From NCBI GenBank assembly GCA_032718475.1, contig JAUCBJ010006460.1, positions 2,639 to 66,638 on the forward strand: 64,000 nt of DNA. Direction: 5' to 3'. The first letter of the stretch is position 1; every line of letters begins with the position of its first letter. A model generated the notes under the pieces. The model ran no database searches, was not told the origin of the DNA, and saw only the letters and a list, made by a program, of their open reading frames with translations. Shown here in pieces: positions 36,976 through 50,263 of this stretch. Origin of the DNA: Nemertoderma westbladi (lineage: Eukaryota; Animalia; Xenacoelomorpha). The translations under genes were made by a program, and so were the position numbers.

Positions 36976-39900
36976 TTAAGGGGAGTCCATAATCATTGTC
37001 GGTAAATCACATTTAAAGAGTTTGTTAACAGGATGGGAAGGGTTAAACGGGTTTGTTATTGTCACCAATGTCCGCAGCAGGATCCTGAGTTGAGTAGGGA
37101 ACTTATCACCTCTCATGGAGTCACCACTGTCATTGCCTTCGAGAAGGCAAAGCCTCTGGATAGGGCGTTGGTAGTGGCCCTTCGCTATTCGTATCGTCAC
37201 CGTTCTCGCAAGTCCATCTTTGCTTGGGGTTATCTCCACGACACGTGCTACAGGCCAGTGGACGCGGTCTTTAAGGTCTTCCTTGACTAGTACCATATCG
37301 CCAACTGCGACATTCAGGTATGTATCGTTCCACTTCAGCCTCGTTCGGAGGGTTATAAGGTACTCCTGGGCCCAGATTCTCCACCAATGCGCCGCCAATG
37401 CTTGGGCCTTCTCCAGTTGGTGTGTTTCGCGATGACTTTGGGATCCGGGAAAGTGGCCTCCGGAAAAATGTCGGTCTTAGGCCGAGGTTAGATGGTTGGG
37501 TGTAAGGGGTTCTAGATAGGTTGGGTCGTCATGGATGGGAATGATTGGCCGGTTGTTTAAGGTGTCCATGATTTCGCAGAATGTGGTGTGCAACGTATCA
37601 TGGGTGACCCGGGTATCCCCTAACGCAATCCGCATGGATCATTTCTCTAGATCAATGAGTTTCTCCCATACCCCGCTCATATGGGGTGCTAGGGGTGTCT
37701 GGAAGTGCCATTGGATGTGGTGTTCCTTCCAAACGTGCGATGCGGTTTTGTCGGTAAACCATCCCTCAATAGACTTTCTGAGTTCCCTTTCTCCTCCCAC
37801 AAAGTTTGTTCCATTGTCTGAGTACATATGGCGGCATGATCCATTGTTCGCCACGAACCGACGCAGGGCGTTGATGAATGTGTGCTGCATGAGGTACACT
37901 ATGAGGTCCAGGTAGATCGCCCTCGACCTCAGGCATGTAAAGATGGCTCCACAGCATTTAATGTTGTATCGTCGCTCGATAACCGTAAATGGTCCGAAAC
38001 AGTCTACGCCAGTTACGTAGAACAGCGGTGAGTCGGACTGGAGCCGCATGGTCAGATCGGCCATTCTTTGGGTGAGCAGTGGCGCTAGATATCTCCTGCA
38101 AGGGTAACACCGTTTCAATACTTTCCGAATCAGTGGCTGGATGTGGGTGATCCAGTATCGTTGCCAGATATTGGCCCTGATCAAGTTTTGGCCCGCGTGA
38201 TGATTTTCCTCATGACATTGTTGGACTAGCAGCTTGGATAGTATAGATGTTCCTGGCAAAAGTGCCGGATACTTAATTTCATACTCGACCGGGGTGTTCG
38301 CCATCCGGGTATTAAGGCGGATCAATCCGTCCTCTCCCATCATGGGTCTCAACTGGTAGACCGGGCTGTCAGGTTTCAAAGTCCTGCCCGTGTTGAGCTT
38401 CTCCCGGGGGAATGGGGAAACTTTCTTTCTGGACATATCTCACAATACATTTCTCCGCTATAATGAGCTCTTATATACTCCGCCAAACTATCGGTTTGTT
38501 ATCCTTCCACCGCAGGAAATTACGAAGGGTCATAGCATGGTGGATGAAACGTTTCATCGAGGAGGTCTGTTCTCTAAGGAGTCGTAGGGATGCAGCTGGT
38601 TGCTCGGTGGTCGCAACGTTATAGTGCCTGCCCGAGTCCTTTACAGGCTCAGTCAGACAGCTATAAATCTCTACGGTGGCGCTCCCATGGACTTTGCGGA
38701 TCTCCTTATCATCTTCCGAGTATTTCCCGCTATCTAATCCGGGATCGAATTGGGTGCTCTAGGTTCGTTGCGGTTGCTTTAGGAACTCTGGACCCGTAAG
38801 CCAAAGTTTACTCTTACCGAGCTGTCGTGGGGTGGCGCCTTGGCTCGATAAGTCCTGCCAGGTTCTCTTTCCCATTTACGTGATGCCACTGTTGGTGCAC
38901 TGTTTTATTTCCGTGGCCCGGTTCGCCACGAATGTTGTGTGTCGCCGTGATGGTGAATGGAGGTAGTAGAGCATGATGCTAGAATCGACCCAGAAATGTT
39001 GAGATTCAATGGGGATTCTTTCGCATGATCATGCGGTTTTGTCTTACGGCCCAGACTGCGGCTTGCATCTCGAGCCTCGGGATGGTCGCCACAAATTCCC
39101 CGGATGCCATCTTCGCTTTGTACAATAAGAAACTAATATCGCCGTTTCCATCTTGGTTTAATCTCCGTATATATGTAACCACACCGATTCCGGTATTCGA
39201 GGCATCCGAGAAGGTATGGAGCTGGAATATATCGGTGGGCAGCTTGTCGAGGAAGAACAGTCGAGGAATCCGCATGAGGTGTAGCTTTTCGAGTTGCTCC
39301 GTCCACTTCTTCCCTTTGGTGCTAAGGTGTGGGGGGAGTTCTTCATCCTACCCCAGTCCTTCGATCCACATTTCTTTAATTCGATTCATTCCGGCCAACA
39401 TTACTGGGGATATGAAATTCAAAGGATCGAATATGGCACTCTTCACGGATAAACATCCCCTCTTTGTCATTGGTTTGGGCAGGTGGTTATGTTTGAAGAT
39501 AAACTGGTCCTGTTTTATGTCCCATTCAATACCGAGTACGCGGTGGTCTACACCCTCGGAATACATTTTATCATTATCCAATTTAATTTATTCCGGGAGC
39601 CTTTCCATAAGCTCTTTGTCGTGTGATCTAAATTTTACTAGGGGGAAACCTCCCCTCTTTAAGCATTCTACCATTCCAATGGCAAGCTGATGTGCCTCGT
39701 CAACATTCTCGACCCCAGCGCATCCGTCGTCCACATAGAAACATCTCCGGGTGGTCTCAATGACAGTCGGAGGAAACTCATTTTCGCACAGGGTCGCAGT
39801 TTTTTTAGCATGTCGCTGCATGCGACTGGCGAATCTTTAGCACCGAAGATCCGGACGATCATACGCATTACGTCCACATCCTCCAAGGTAAGTTGATTTA

Positions 39901-42900
39901 TCTCTTGTGGGGTTAATGCTTTGTCTGTCCATAGAATACAAAGGCAATCAGAATCTCGTGGTAGAGTTCGCACTTGGTGGAACATTGCTTTGATGTCGCA
40001 CGTGAAGGCGACTTTATTCTCCCGGAATCAGATTAATACGCCGATCAGCGGACTGTATATGTTGGGTCCGGTGTATAGCTGGCTATTCAATGATTCACCT
40101 TGGTACATAGCCACCGCATCATTCACGACCCGGATCTTTCCGCCCTTCTGGGCCTCTACTACATAGTGGGTCGGAAGATAGTTAGTCTGTTTTGTCCCCT
40201 GCAGTTCGTCCCGGGGAACCATCTCCACCAATCCATCTTCCAGGTATCTCTTAATTACGTTGTTATACTTTTCTTTGATCTTGGGTAGCTCGTACAATCT
40301 GCGCAAGATCCCTTTTAGCCTCCTCAGGGCCATACTAGCATTGTTAGCGTTCGGTCTGTCCAGATCCTTCCATAACATTGGTGAGCACCAATGCCCATCC
40401 TTAAACACTGCTTGGTCCAGGACGTCCATAGAGTATTGGTCCTCCTCTGATGGGTTTTCCTCTTTTTCGGCGAATTCTTGGGTTTCCAGGTTGAAGTATT
40501 TCATCATTTCTTGTTGTGTCTTCTCCATTTCTAGGAATAGATCCTCATCCATATTGGTCGCCGAACAGTAACCCACGGATGTTGTATTCCCTTCGATCTG
40601 ACACTTTGGAAGGTATGTATAGGTGTCGGTGGTTTCCTCTTTAATACCGCAGAGCGTCCATCCCATAATAGTGCGCTCTGCATAGAAACCGTCATCCAGC
40701 TTTACGGAAAGGGCGATATCTCCAGTAGGTATATGTAATTCTGGGGTATCGAGTCCGATAAGTAAAATAATTATATTAACGTCCAATGGTGGGCATCTTA
40801 GATCTACATCCTCTCGATCTAGTTGTATGAGGGGTGTGTATTCAGAGGATTGTCAGAATCGCACTCTGAGATCGGTATGCACCAGGGCGTTTTAATAGTT
40901 AGTTTTACCTTTTCATAACCTTCCATAACCCCTTCTACACTGAGTTGCACCTCTCCGGACTCCACTTCCTTATGGTCCGTTATAGTTTGTATGGGTCGCT
41001 TACAGGGCTCATATTCTAGACCCAACTGTTCCAGAAAGTCCCTGTTGATTATGGTCCCATCTGACCCATTATCCAGGAACGCAAGTGTGGTCACGGATTT
41101 CCCGACGCCTTGGATCCTCACCGGTATTACCTTGGCAAAGACCATGTACCGTCGGTTGATTAAGTTGACCGTAGCCGATATACTGGTAAAGTGTGCTACG
41201 TCAGCGGTGGTCTTGAACGGGTTCGTTTCTCTCCGCTGGATCATCCGAGGACCCTTTGAGATGTGGTTTGTCTCCCCTCTCCGCTTGGACTCGATAGGGA
41301 ATGGTAGTGTAGTGAAGTCAAAGTTTGCAGGAGTGTGGAGGAGCGTGTGATGTCGTAGATCGTTGCAAACCGCACAACAGGACCTCTGTTCACAATCCCT
41401 CATATAATGGCCTGTGCCAAGACACCGGAAGCATCCTCGGTGTTTCATGATTGCCTCAAAGTGCTGAACTAGTTCTGCAAACTGGAACTTTCTGCAGAAT
41501 TCTACTTTGTGCTTCTCTCCGCAGAAGAGATATAGAAGGGAGATTGTTGTGCCTTCCCTCTCAGGCGCCCAATTTGCCAGATAGCACGCCCATTCTTCTG
41601 CCGACATCGGTTCCTCATAATCCTCGTCATCCGAATCCTCGGCCATGGTGATGGCCATCGTACTTACCGGGGGAGGGCGGAATCTCGGTTTTGGAGTGGG
41701 TGCCCTGCTCCGAGAAGTGCTCTCTATCCAATCCAACTTGGAGAGACTCTGTTTAGAGAACATGGAGTCGTTCATGACCTAGGAGATGTCATCTAGGAAT
41801 GCCGACATTTCAAGAAAACTAGGATCCCGATCCGGGTGTATTTGTCTGAGATCTACACATTTATATGCCCATTTACATTGTAGCCATCCGGGGAATTTCC
41901 GGGCAATTTGTCGGAGGTTTAAGATATTATTCACTTGTTCCTCCTTGTTTAATGGTTTCAGGGTATAATAAGCATCCTTCATTGAGTCCGAAAACTCTTG
42001 GATATTCTGTGGGTCCCCTAGGGATCCAGCATCCTGTATCAGTTTTTCAAGTGTCTTGTTAATTATGGTTCCAACATTGCCATATCTTTTATCGACCATT
42101 TTCCATGCATCGTGGTACGCCTCGTGGGATCCTCCTTCAAAACATCTCATAATACGGCATGGTTTTTCACCCAGATACTGAGACAAATATACCAACTTTT
42201 GTGCATCGGTGATGTCCGTCGATCCGGTTTGAGCGAAGAACCGTTTTTTAATTTCAACGGGATCACCCTCGAAGGTACGGATTTCCATCTTAGGCATAGC
42301 CAGGCGGTTCTCCAAGTCTCGGATGATACCGATGTCGTCCGAACTAGAATGACTAGGAGGTCCCTAGTTACTAACACTCTCTCCCATAGATGATGGATCG
42401 ATAAGAGGTGGAGTTTTAATAACATTGCAGTTACGGATTTTCGGAGTGGACGTGAATGGATTAGTGGATCGAGGGGTGGCGTCACGTTCCGAGTCCCTGT
42501 CAGGCTCGTACTTGTGATCGCTCGATGCCGGAGGATTGGAGGGGAAAGTTCCTCATTCTTAAGCGTAACCAGTGGGGGGCGGAAAACCGGTGCTTGCGCC
42601 GAGAGTGTGGACCGTATGACCAGCGGGAATTCGGGTTTCGGAGGTTTTACTGCTGGTGGTGTAATCGACTTTTCTAATTCCGGAACCGGAATTGGTTCAT
42701 AGTCCTGTTCTATACCCTTTTCCCAGTCCTCATATAGTTGAAGGTCTCGTTCTATGAGTGCGGCTTCATAGTCTGCGAGTTTAGCAATATCCGCATTCTC
42801 CTTGTCAATAAGAAGTGCTTGGGCCTCGGCATTCCGTTTACGCATTTCAGCCTCTTGTTTCCATATTTCGGCCTGTTGTTCGGCCTCTTGTTTCTGTATT

Positions 42901-43271
42901 TCAGCCTGTTGTTCGGCCTCTTGTTTCCGTATTTCGGCCTGTTGTTCAGCCTCTCGTTTACGCATTTCGGCTTCTTGTTTACGTCTTTTGGCCTGTATTT
43001 CGGCCTCTTGTTTATGTCTTTCTTCTGCTAGTACGTCCTGTTCGATCTGCAATTGAACGTATTCATCTTCCATCCGGACTTTAAGGGCCAGTGCCCTCTG
43101 TTCTCGTAACTGATCTCGGAGGGGTTGACCCCCTTGGGAACTACGCGCTGATCCGGATATCTCGCTCCTGGCGCTGGAGTGCTGGTGCCTTGAGGACCCA
43201 GTCCTCTTTCTTGGAACCAATGTTCTGGTACCGGAGCTCCGCACTGATTCCACGTCCGCCCTTTCAGTCAA
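36976..43271 (-). pseudogene. BEL/Pao gag-pol polyprotein of element C, many frameshifts
   Basis: Gag PKMEIRTFEGDP, CFRCLGTGHYMRDC, CAVCNDLRHHTLLH; protease FLDNGSDGT; RT YLPTHYV, KIRVVND, FYVDD; RNase H LHTFSDAS, TIPRLE; integrase GVDCFGP, YSDNGTNFVG, WPVARV. Confidence 0.93.
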
Positions 43272-43439
43272 TTTGTAATATTGTTCCTATTTAATAGTTA
43301 ATCTAATTAATAATTTCAAACTATGATGTTAGCCTATGAAGAATCATGAAGCTGAGTAAACATGCAGCCTTTTAAACATACAGTCTCCATAGTATTAATA
43401 GATGAGAGTACAGTGCAGAAGTACTCTGTAACAAACAGT

Positions 43440-44645
43440 CATTCAGCATAGTCACTCACTATATATCAATCACCTATAAAACATTTTGAAGGCTACAGTA
43501 TTTAACCTGATACAGATAATAAGCAGTGATAAGCTAGGAACAATGTAATTTATTTGCCAAACCAGATGGTGTAATTGTTCTATGCCTTACACTTGTCTAT
43601 GACAGACAATGTTTATTTGTCTTGTACAAACAATGTGAGCTACTCTCACTCAGGTTGAGTTGTGATGTAATTAGTTGGGCCTTCCTCTATTGAATAGCAT
43701 TGCTAGGCCTCTCTAAACATTTTTCATGAGCGCCAGCTGGTGTTTTTATCATTGCGCCTATGGCGTTTTTTCATTTATCTCTATTTTTCAGCCAGCCAGT
43801 CAGTCAACAATTCTTACAGTAATCAAGTCTTACGACTTGCTAACTAGAGACGGCGTCAAGATGCCATTAAGCAAGTCGGAGGTCATCAATCAAATGTAAA
43901 TTCCATCAACAATGTTTGCCTATTTACCTATGGTCAGAGAGAGAGATTCCACTCTGTAACTTGGCAATTACTCAAATCCATTCACCTGAATGGCACAGTA
44001 GAGTAAACCAAAGTAAATTTCCTCAACAATCTTTGCCTATGGTCTGAAGGAAAGCCGCTAAATGCCATTCACCTATAAAACATTTTGAATGCCACAGTGT
44101 GTAACCTGATACAAATATTAAACATTGATTTTTACATTTCAAACTATAATGTTAGCCTATGGAAAATCATATTATCTGGTTGATTAAATATACACATTTA
44201 TAAACATAGTCTCCACAGTATTAAAGATGGCCAAAAGATTTATAAATAAAACAATTAGATGCAATGTATTTTAGTTGAGACACAAGATGGTGTGGAAAGT
44301 TCTGTCCATTCAATCAACTAATGCTGAGCTTTGCAGTAGGTAGGACAAAGGAATTTAGTTGCCAAACCAGATATGGTGTATGGTGTAATTGTTATATGCC
44401 TTACACTCTGTCTATGACAGACGAGGTTATGTTTGTCATGTACAAACAATGCAAGCTACTCTCACTCGAGTTGAGTTGAGATGTAATTAGTAGGCCATTC
44501 CTCTATTGAATAGCGTTACTAGGCCATCTCTATACATTTTATTCATTCTAAATGCCATTCAACTATAAAACATTTTGAATGCCACAGTGTGTAACCTGAT
44601 ACAGATAATAAGCATTGATTTTAACATCTCAAACTATAATGTTAA
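43440..44645. repeat. Old degenerate direct repeats, AT-rich
   Basis: CTATAAAACATTTTGAA...TAACCTGATAC at ~43474, ~44073 and ~44563; GCCAAACCAGAT...TATGCCTTACACT...GCTACTCTCACTC at ~43556 and ~44361. Confidence 0.7.
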
Positions 44646-45097
44646 CAATAATTTGTTTTATTATAAACGTTGCGAATATGTTGCATTGTTAATAAATTAA
44701 TTGCATAATTGATTATAGGCCTACTCTATTGATAAATGTTAATAATTATACATAAATTAAATATTACTTATTACTTGAAACTAATTAAACCGAAAACTAC
44801 CTACCGCCACCAGAACTCCACAAGTTTATGCACGACACCAATTTATGGGAAATATTTCATGCGATGGATTATTGAAAACAAAACAATGACCGAGTATTAT
44901 GTCTGTATCCATGGCGACAACCCTAATCCGCGGGCGTATCCATGACAACCTTTGGGGAGCGTGTTTGACGTCAGAGCTGTTGCATAGCAAGTGCGTTGAC
45001 TACGGGCCCGTAGATCAGTCCCAAACAGCTTCTCAAACCATCGTCGCAGTTGCAATGAGTGAGGCTGAAATATTATTACAATATTATTATTATTTAA

Positions 45098-46566
45098 GGG
45101 GAGGTGGGGGTAGCACCCCTCTATTTTGGAAATTGAAAAAAACCTTTTTTTATTCTATCATGTGCCGAATTTAATGGAGATTTCAAATCTGCAAGCAGTT
45201 TTCTCATATCTTTTCTCAAACTCAAGTTATTACCCAAAACGTAAGAGCTAGTCTGATTTTTGACAAGCCTTCGAGCAGCACTATATTTCACAATTGTATG
45301 GCGGGCCCTTTCCATAAAAAGTGCTCTCACGGTACAGATATGAATAAAATTGCTATAAAGTTGATATAACTAGCTCAATATGTTTAGCAAGAATGAAAAA
45401 TTTCGTTGAATTTCATTCATTTTTGACAAAGTTATTGTTGAACATAGAAAAATGGTATTATCTAAAATAGCGGGAAGGTTTGAATTGTTCCTTAAACTTT
45501 AAGCACCCATTTATGATACAGTCGTGCTATCCTTCTATCCCTTGCGAATATAAAACAACTGTTTAACGGGTGAAAGCCTTGTAAGGAAGGCATATATTTA
45601 AAAAGGGTGAGGGTATATGGACCCTGCCTACAATATACACTCAATAATAAGGTAACTACTACCTACAGTAATGCATAGTAATTGTATATATATCATGCAC
45701 TGCACATGAATAGCATGCATAGAAATCAAAAAGCAAGGAATTATTTAATTTTAGAAATTAGAAATCATATAGTTTAACTGTTAAACATTATAACGTATAT
45801 TTTTCCGCTAATCATTATAATTTTTTGGAGGAAGAATGTTGTGGTTGGTGGGTTAAAATTAATGAATTCATCCGAAGCGCTATAAGTTATCGGCAGTCTA
45901 GAAGCCGAATAGATCGTTTAACTGCTTTGTTGATTGACTTTATTTGTATACTGTACAGTAAGCAGTGAGATGAGACTTCATTTTCATGACACCATCTTGC
46001 GATTTTTTTATTTATTTTAATTTTCTTCCCCGAGCGGATTTTCCCGTTGCACCATAAAGTATATTGGGTTCAATGTTTTACACTATCACCTAATAAATAT
46101 ATCTCAGAATGATTTTTTTTTCATGAAAAAAGGCTATTTCTCAACCAATTTTAGCTGAAATTACCTTTCTCCATTAAAAATTGAACAAATTTGGTTGGAA
46201 ATGCCCTGGAGCCTTTTTATATCAAAAAGGCCCAAAAAAATCCCTTTTTTGGGTCCTTTTTGTTCTGAAAATCCTCCAGAGTATTTGAGACAAAATTTGT
46301 TCAGAAGAATTGGATGCAGGGTTCTTCTGAACTCATTCCAACAAATTTCAACAAATATTGGTGGAGAAATAGCCCTTGACGCAAAAAGGGGACTTTCGGC
46401 CATTACGGAGCCATTTTGGGGCCAATTTTAAAAATATTTGGTTTGTTTATTCTCACACAGTCCAGACGATGTTTAGTAGCACAAAAAATGAATTTCACAC
46501 AATTTTAGGGTCCAGAGACACAAAAATATGAGGTTCAATTTAGGGGTGCTACCCCCCCCCCCCCCC
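45098..46566. mobile_element. Non-autonomous TTAA TIR element (Kolobok-like termini)
   Basis: TTAA|GGGGAGGTGGGGGTAGCACCCCT ... AGGGGTGCTACCCCCC...C|TTAA; no credible ORF. Confidence 0.82.
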
Positions 46567-46570
46567 TTAA

Positions 46571-49500
46571 TGTAATATTTACTGATGTATGGTGCCATGT
46601 TACTATAAACTTACTAATGTATGGTGCCATGTTACTGTAACACTTACTAATGTATGGTGCCCTGTTACTGTAAACTTACGAATGGATGGTGCCATGTTAC
46701 TGTAACATTTACTAATGTATGGTGCCATGTTACTATAAACTTACTAATGGATGGTGCCATGTTACTGTAACACTTACTAATGTATGGTGGTGCCCTGTTA
46801 CTGTAAACTTACGAATGGATGGTGCCATGTTACTGTAACATTTACTAATGTATGGTGCCCTGTTACTGTAAACTTACGAATGGATGGTGCCATGTTACTG
46901 TAACATTTACTAATGTATGGTGCCATGTTACTATAAACTTACTAATGGATGGTGCCATCTTACTGTAACATTTACTAATGTATGGTGCCCTGTTACTGTA
47001 AACTTACGAATGGATGGTGCCATGTTACTGTAACATTTACTAATGTATGGTGCCATGTTACTATAAACTTACTAATGGATGGTGCCATGTTACTGTAACA
47101 CTTACTAATGTATGGTGGTGCCCTGTTACTGTAAACTTACGAATGGATGGTGCCATGTTACTGTAACATTTACTAATGTATGGTGGTGCCATGTTACTAT
47201 AAACTTACTAATGGATGGTGCCATGTTACTGTAACACTTACTAATGTATGGTGGTGCCCTGTTACTGTAAACTTACGAATGGATGGTGCCATGTTACTGT
47301 AACATTTACTAATGTATGGTGGTGCCATGTTACTATAAACTTACTAATGGATGGTGCCATGTTACTGTAACACTTACTAATGTATGGTGGTGCCCTGTTA
47401 CTGTAAACTTACGAATGGATGGTGCCATGTTACTGTAACATTTACTAATGTATGGTGCCATGTTACTATAAACTTACTAATGGATGGTGCAATGTTACTG
47501 TAACACTTACTAATGTATGGTGGTGCCCTGTTACTGTAAACTTACGAATGGATGGTGCCATGTTATTGTAACACTTACTAATGTATGGTGGTGCCCTGTT
47601 ACTGTAAACTTACGAATGGATGGTGCCATGTTACTATAAACTTACTAATGGATGGTGCAATGTTACTGTAACACTTACTAATGTATGGTGCCATGTTACT
47701 ATAAACTTACTAATGGATGGTGCAATGTTACTGTAACACTTACTAATGTATGGTGGTGCCCTGTTACTGTAAACTTACTAATGTATGGTGCCATGTTACT
47801 GCAACACTTACTAATGTATGGTGCCATGTTACTGTAACACTTTCTAAAGTATGGTGCCATGTTACTGTAACACTTATTGGTGCCATGTTACTGTAACACT
47901 TACTAATGTATGGTGCCATGCTACTGTAAAACTTACTTATGTGTTGTGCCGTGTTACTGTAACGCTTACTGGTGCCATGTTACTGTAATCTTACTAATGG
48001 AAGGTACCATGTTACTGTAACACTTACTAATGTATGGTGCCATGTTACTGTAAACTTACTAATGGATGGTGCCATGTTACTGTAACACTTACTAATGTAT
48101 GATGCCATGTTACTGTAACACTTACTGGTGCCATGTTACTGTAACACTTACTAATGTATGGTGCCATGTTACTCCAACACTTACTAATGTATGGTGCCAT
48201 GTTAATGTAACACTTACTAATATATGGTGTGATGTTAATGTAACACTTACTAATGTATGGTGCGATGTTACTGTAACACTTACTAATGTATGGTGCGATG
48301 TTACTGTAACACTTACTAATGTATGGTGCCATGTTACTGTAAACTTACTAATGGATGGTGCCATGTTAATGTAACACTTACTAATATATGGTGTGATGTT
48401 AATGTAACACTTACTAATGTATGGTGCGATGTTACTGTAACACTTACTAATGTATGGTGCGATGTTACTGTAACACTTACTAATGTATGGTGCCATGTTA
48501 ATATAAACTTACTAATGGATGGTGCCATGTTACTGTAACACTTACTAATGTATGGTGCCATGTTACTGCAACACTTACTGGTGCCATGTTACTGTAACAC
48601 TTTAATAATGTATGGTGCTATGTTAAGGTAACACTTACGAATGTATGGTGCCATGTTACTGTAAACTTACTAATGGATGGTGCCATGCTACTGTAACACT
48701 TAATTATGTATTGTGCCATGTTACTGTAACGCTTACTAGTGCCATGTTACTGTAAACTTACTAATGGATGGTAACATGTTACTGTATCACTTACTGATGG
48801 ATGGTGCCATGTTACTGTAACATTTAATAATGTATGGTACCATGTTACTGTAACACTTCCTAATGTATGGTGCCATGTTACTGTAAACTTACAAATGGAT
48901 GGTGCCATGTTACTGTACCACTTACTAATGGATGGTGCCATGTTACTGTAACATTTCCTAATGTATGGTACCATGATACTGTAACGTTTACAAAAGTATG
49001 GTGCCATGTTACTGTAACACTTACTAATGTATGGTGCCATGTTAATGTAACACTTACTGGTGCCATGTTACTGTAACACTTACTAATGTATGGTCCCATG
49101 TTACTGTAACGCTTACTAATGTATGGTGCCATTTTACTGTAACACTTACTAATGTATGGTGCCTTGTTACTGTAACACTTACTGGTGCCATGTTACTGTA
49201 ACGCTTACTAATGTATGGTGCATGTTACTGTAACACTTACTAATGTATGGTGCCATGTTATTGTAACACTTACTGATGCCATATGTTACTGTAAGACTTA
49301 CTAATGGATGGTGCCATGTTACTGTAACACTTACTAATGGATGGTGCCATGTTACTGTAACACTTACTGGTGCCATGTTACTGTAAGACTTACTAATATA
49401 TGGTGCCATGTTACTGTAACACTTACTAATGGATGGTGCCATGTTACTCCAACACTTACTAATGTATGGTGCCATGTTACTGTAACGCATACTAATGTAT

Positions 49501-50263
49501 GGTGCCATGTTACTGTAACACTTACTGGTGCCATGTTACTGTAAGACTTACTAATGGATGGTGTCATGTTACTGTAACACTTACTAATGTATGGTGCCAT
49601 GTTACTGTAACACTTACTGGTGCCATTTTACTGTAAGACTTACTAATGGATGGTGCCATGTTACTGTAACACTTACTGGTGCCATGATACTGTACGACTT
49701 ACTAATGGATGGTGACATGTTACTGTAACACTTACTGGGGCCATATTACTGTAAGACTTACTAATGTATGGTGCCATGTTACTGTAACACTTACTGGTGC
49801 CATGCTACCCTTACAACTTACTAATGTATGGTGCCATGTTACTGTAACACTTACTGGTACCATGTTACTGGAAGACTTACTAATGTATGGTGCCATGTTA
49901 CTGCAAAACTTGCTGGTGTCATGTTACTGCAAAACTTGCTGGTGTCATGTTACTGTAAGTCTTACTAATGGATGGTGCCATGTTACTGTAACACTTACTG
50001 GTGCCATGTTACTGTAAGACTTATTAATATATGGTTCCATGTTACTGTAACACTTACTAATGGATGGTGCCATGTTACTCCAACACTTACTAATGTATGG
50101 TGCCATGTTACTGTAACACTTACTAATGTAAGGTGTAATGTTACTGTAACACTTACTAATGTATGGTGCCATGTTACTGTAACACTTAGTGGTGCAATGT
50201 TACTGTAAGACTTACTAATGGATGGTGCTATGTTACTGTAACACTTACTAATGTATGGTGCCA
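46571..50263. repeat. Minisatellite, consensus 33-bp ATGTATGGTGCCATGTTACTGTAACACTTACTA, with 26-, 32- and 35/36-bp variants; about 110 units
   Basis: Head-to-tail array without unique spacers. Confidence 0.97.

Larger units (their letters stand above)
32299..43271 (-). mobile_element. BEL/Pao retrotransposon C internal region; no LTRs recognised
   Basis: Full gag-PR-RT-RH-IN order, followed by a divergent accessory ORF and a repeat-rich 3' region. Confidence 0.88.

Noticed and set aside
46571-50263. CRISPR array, or MAPYISKCYSN-repeat protein genes
   Set aside because: No unique spacers, no cas genes and a eukaryotic context; the ORFs arise from the 33-bp period and are broken by 26- and 32-bp units.
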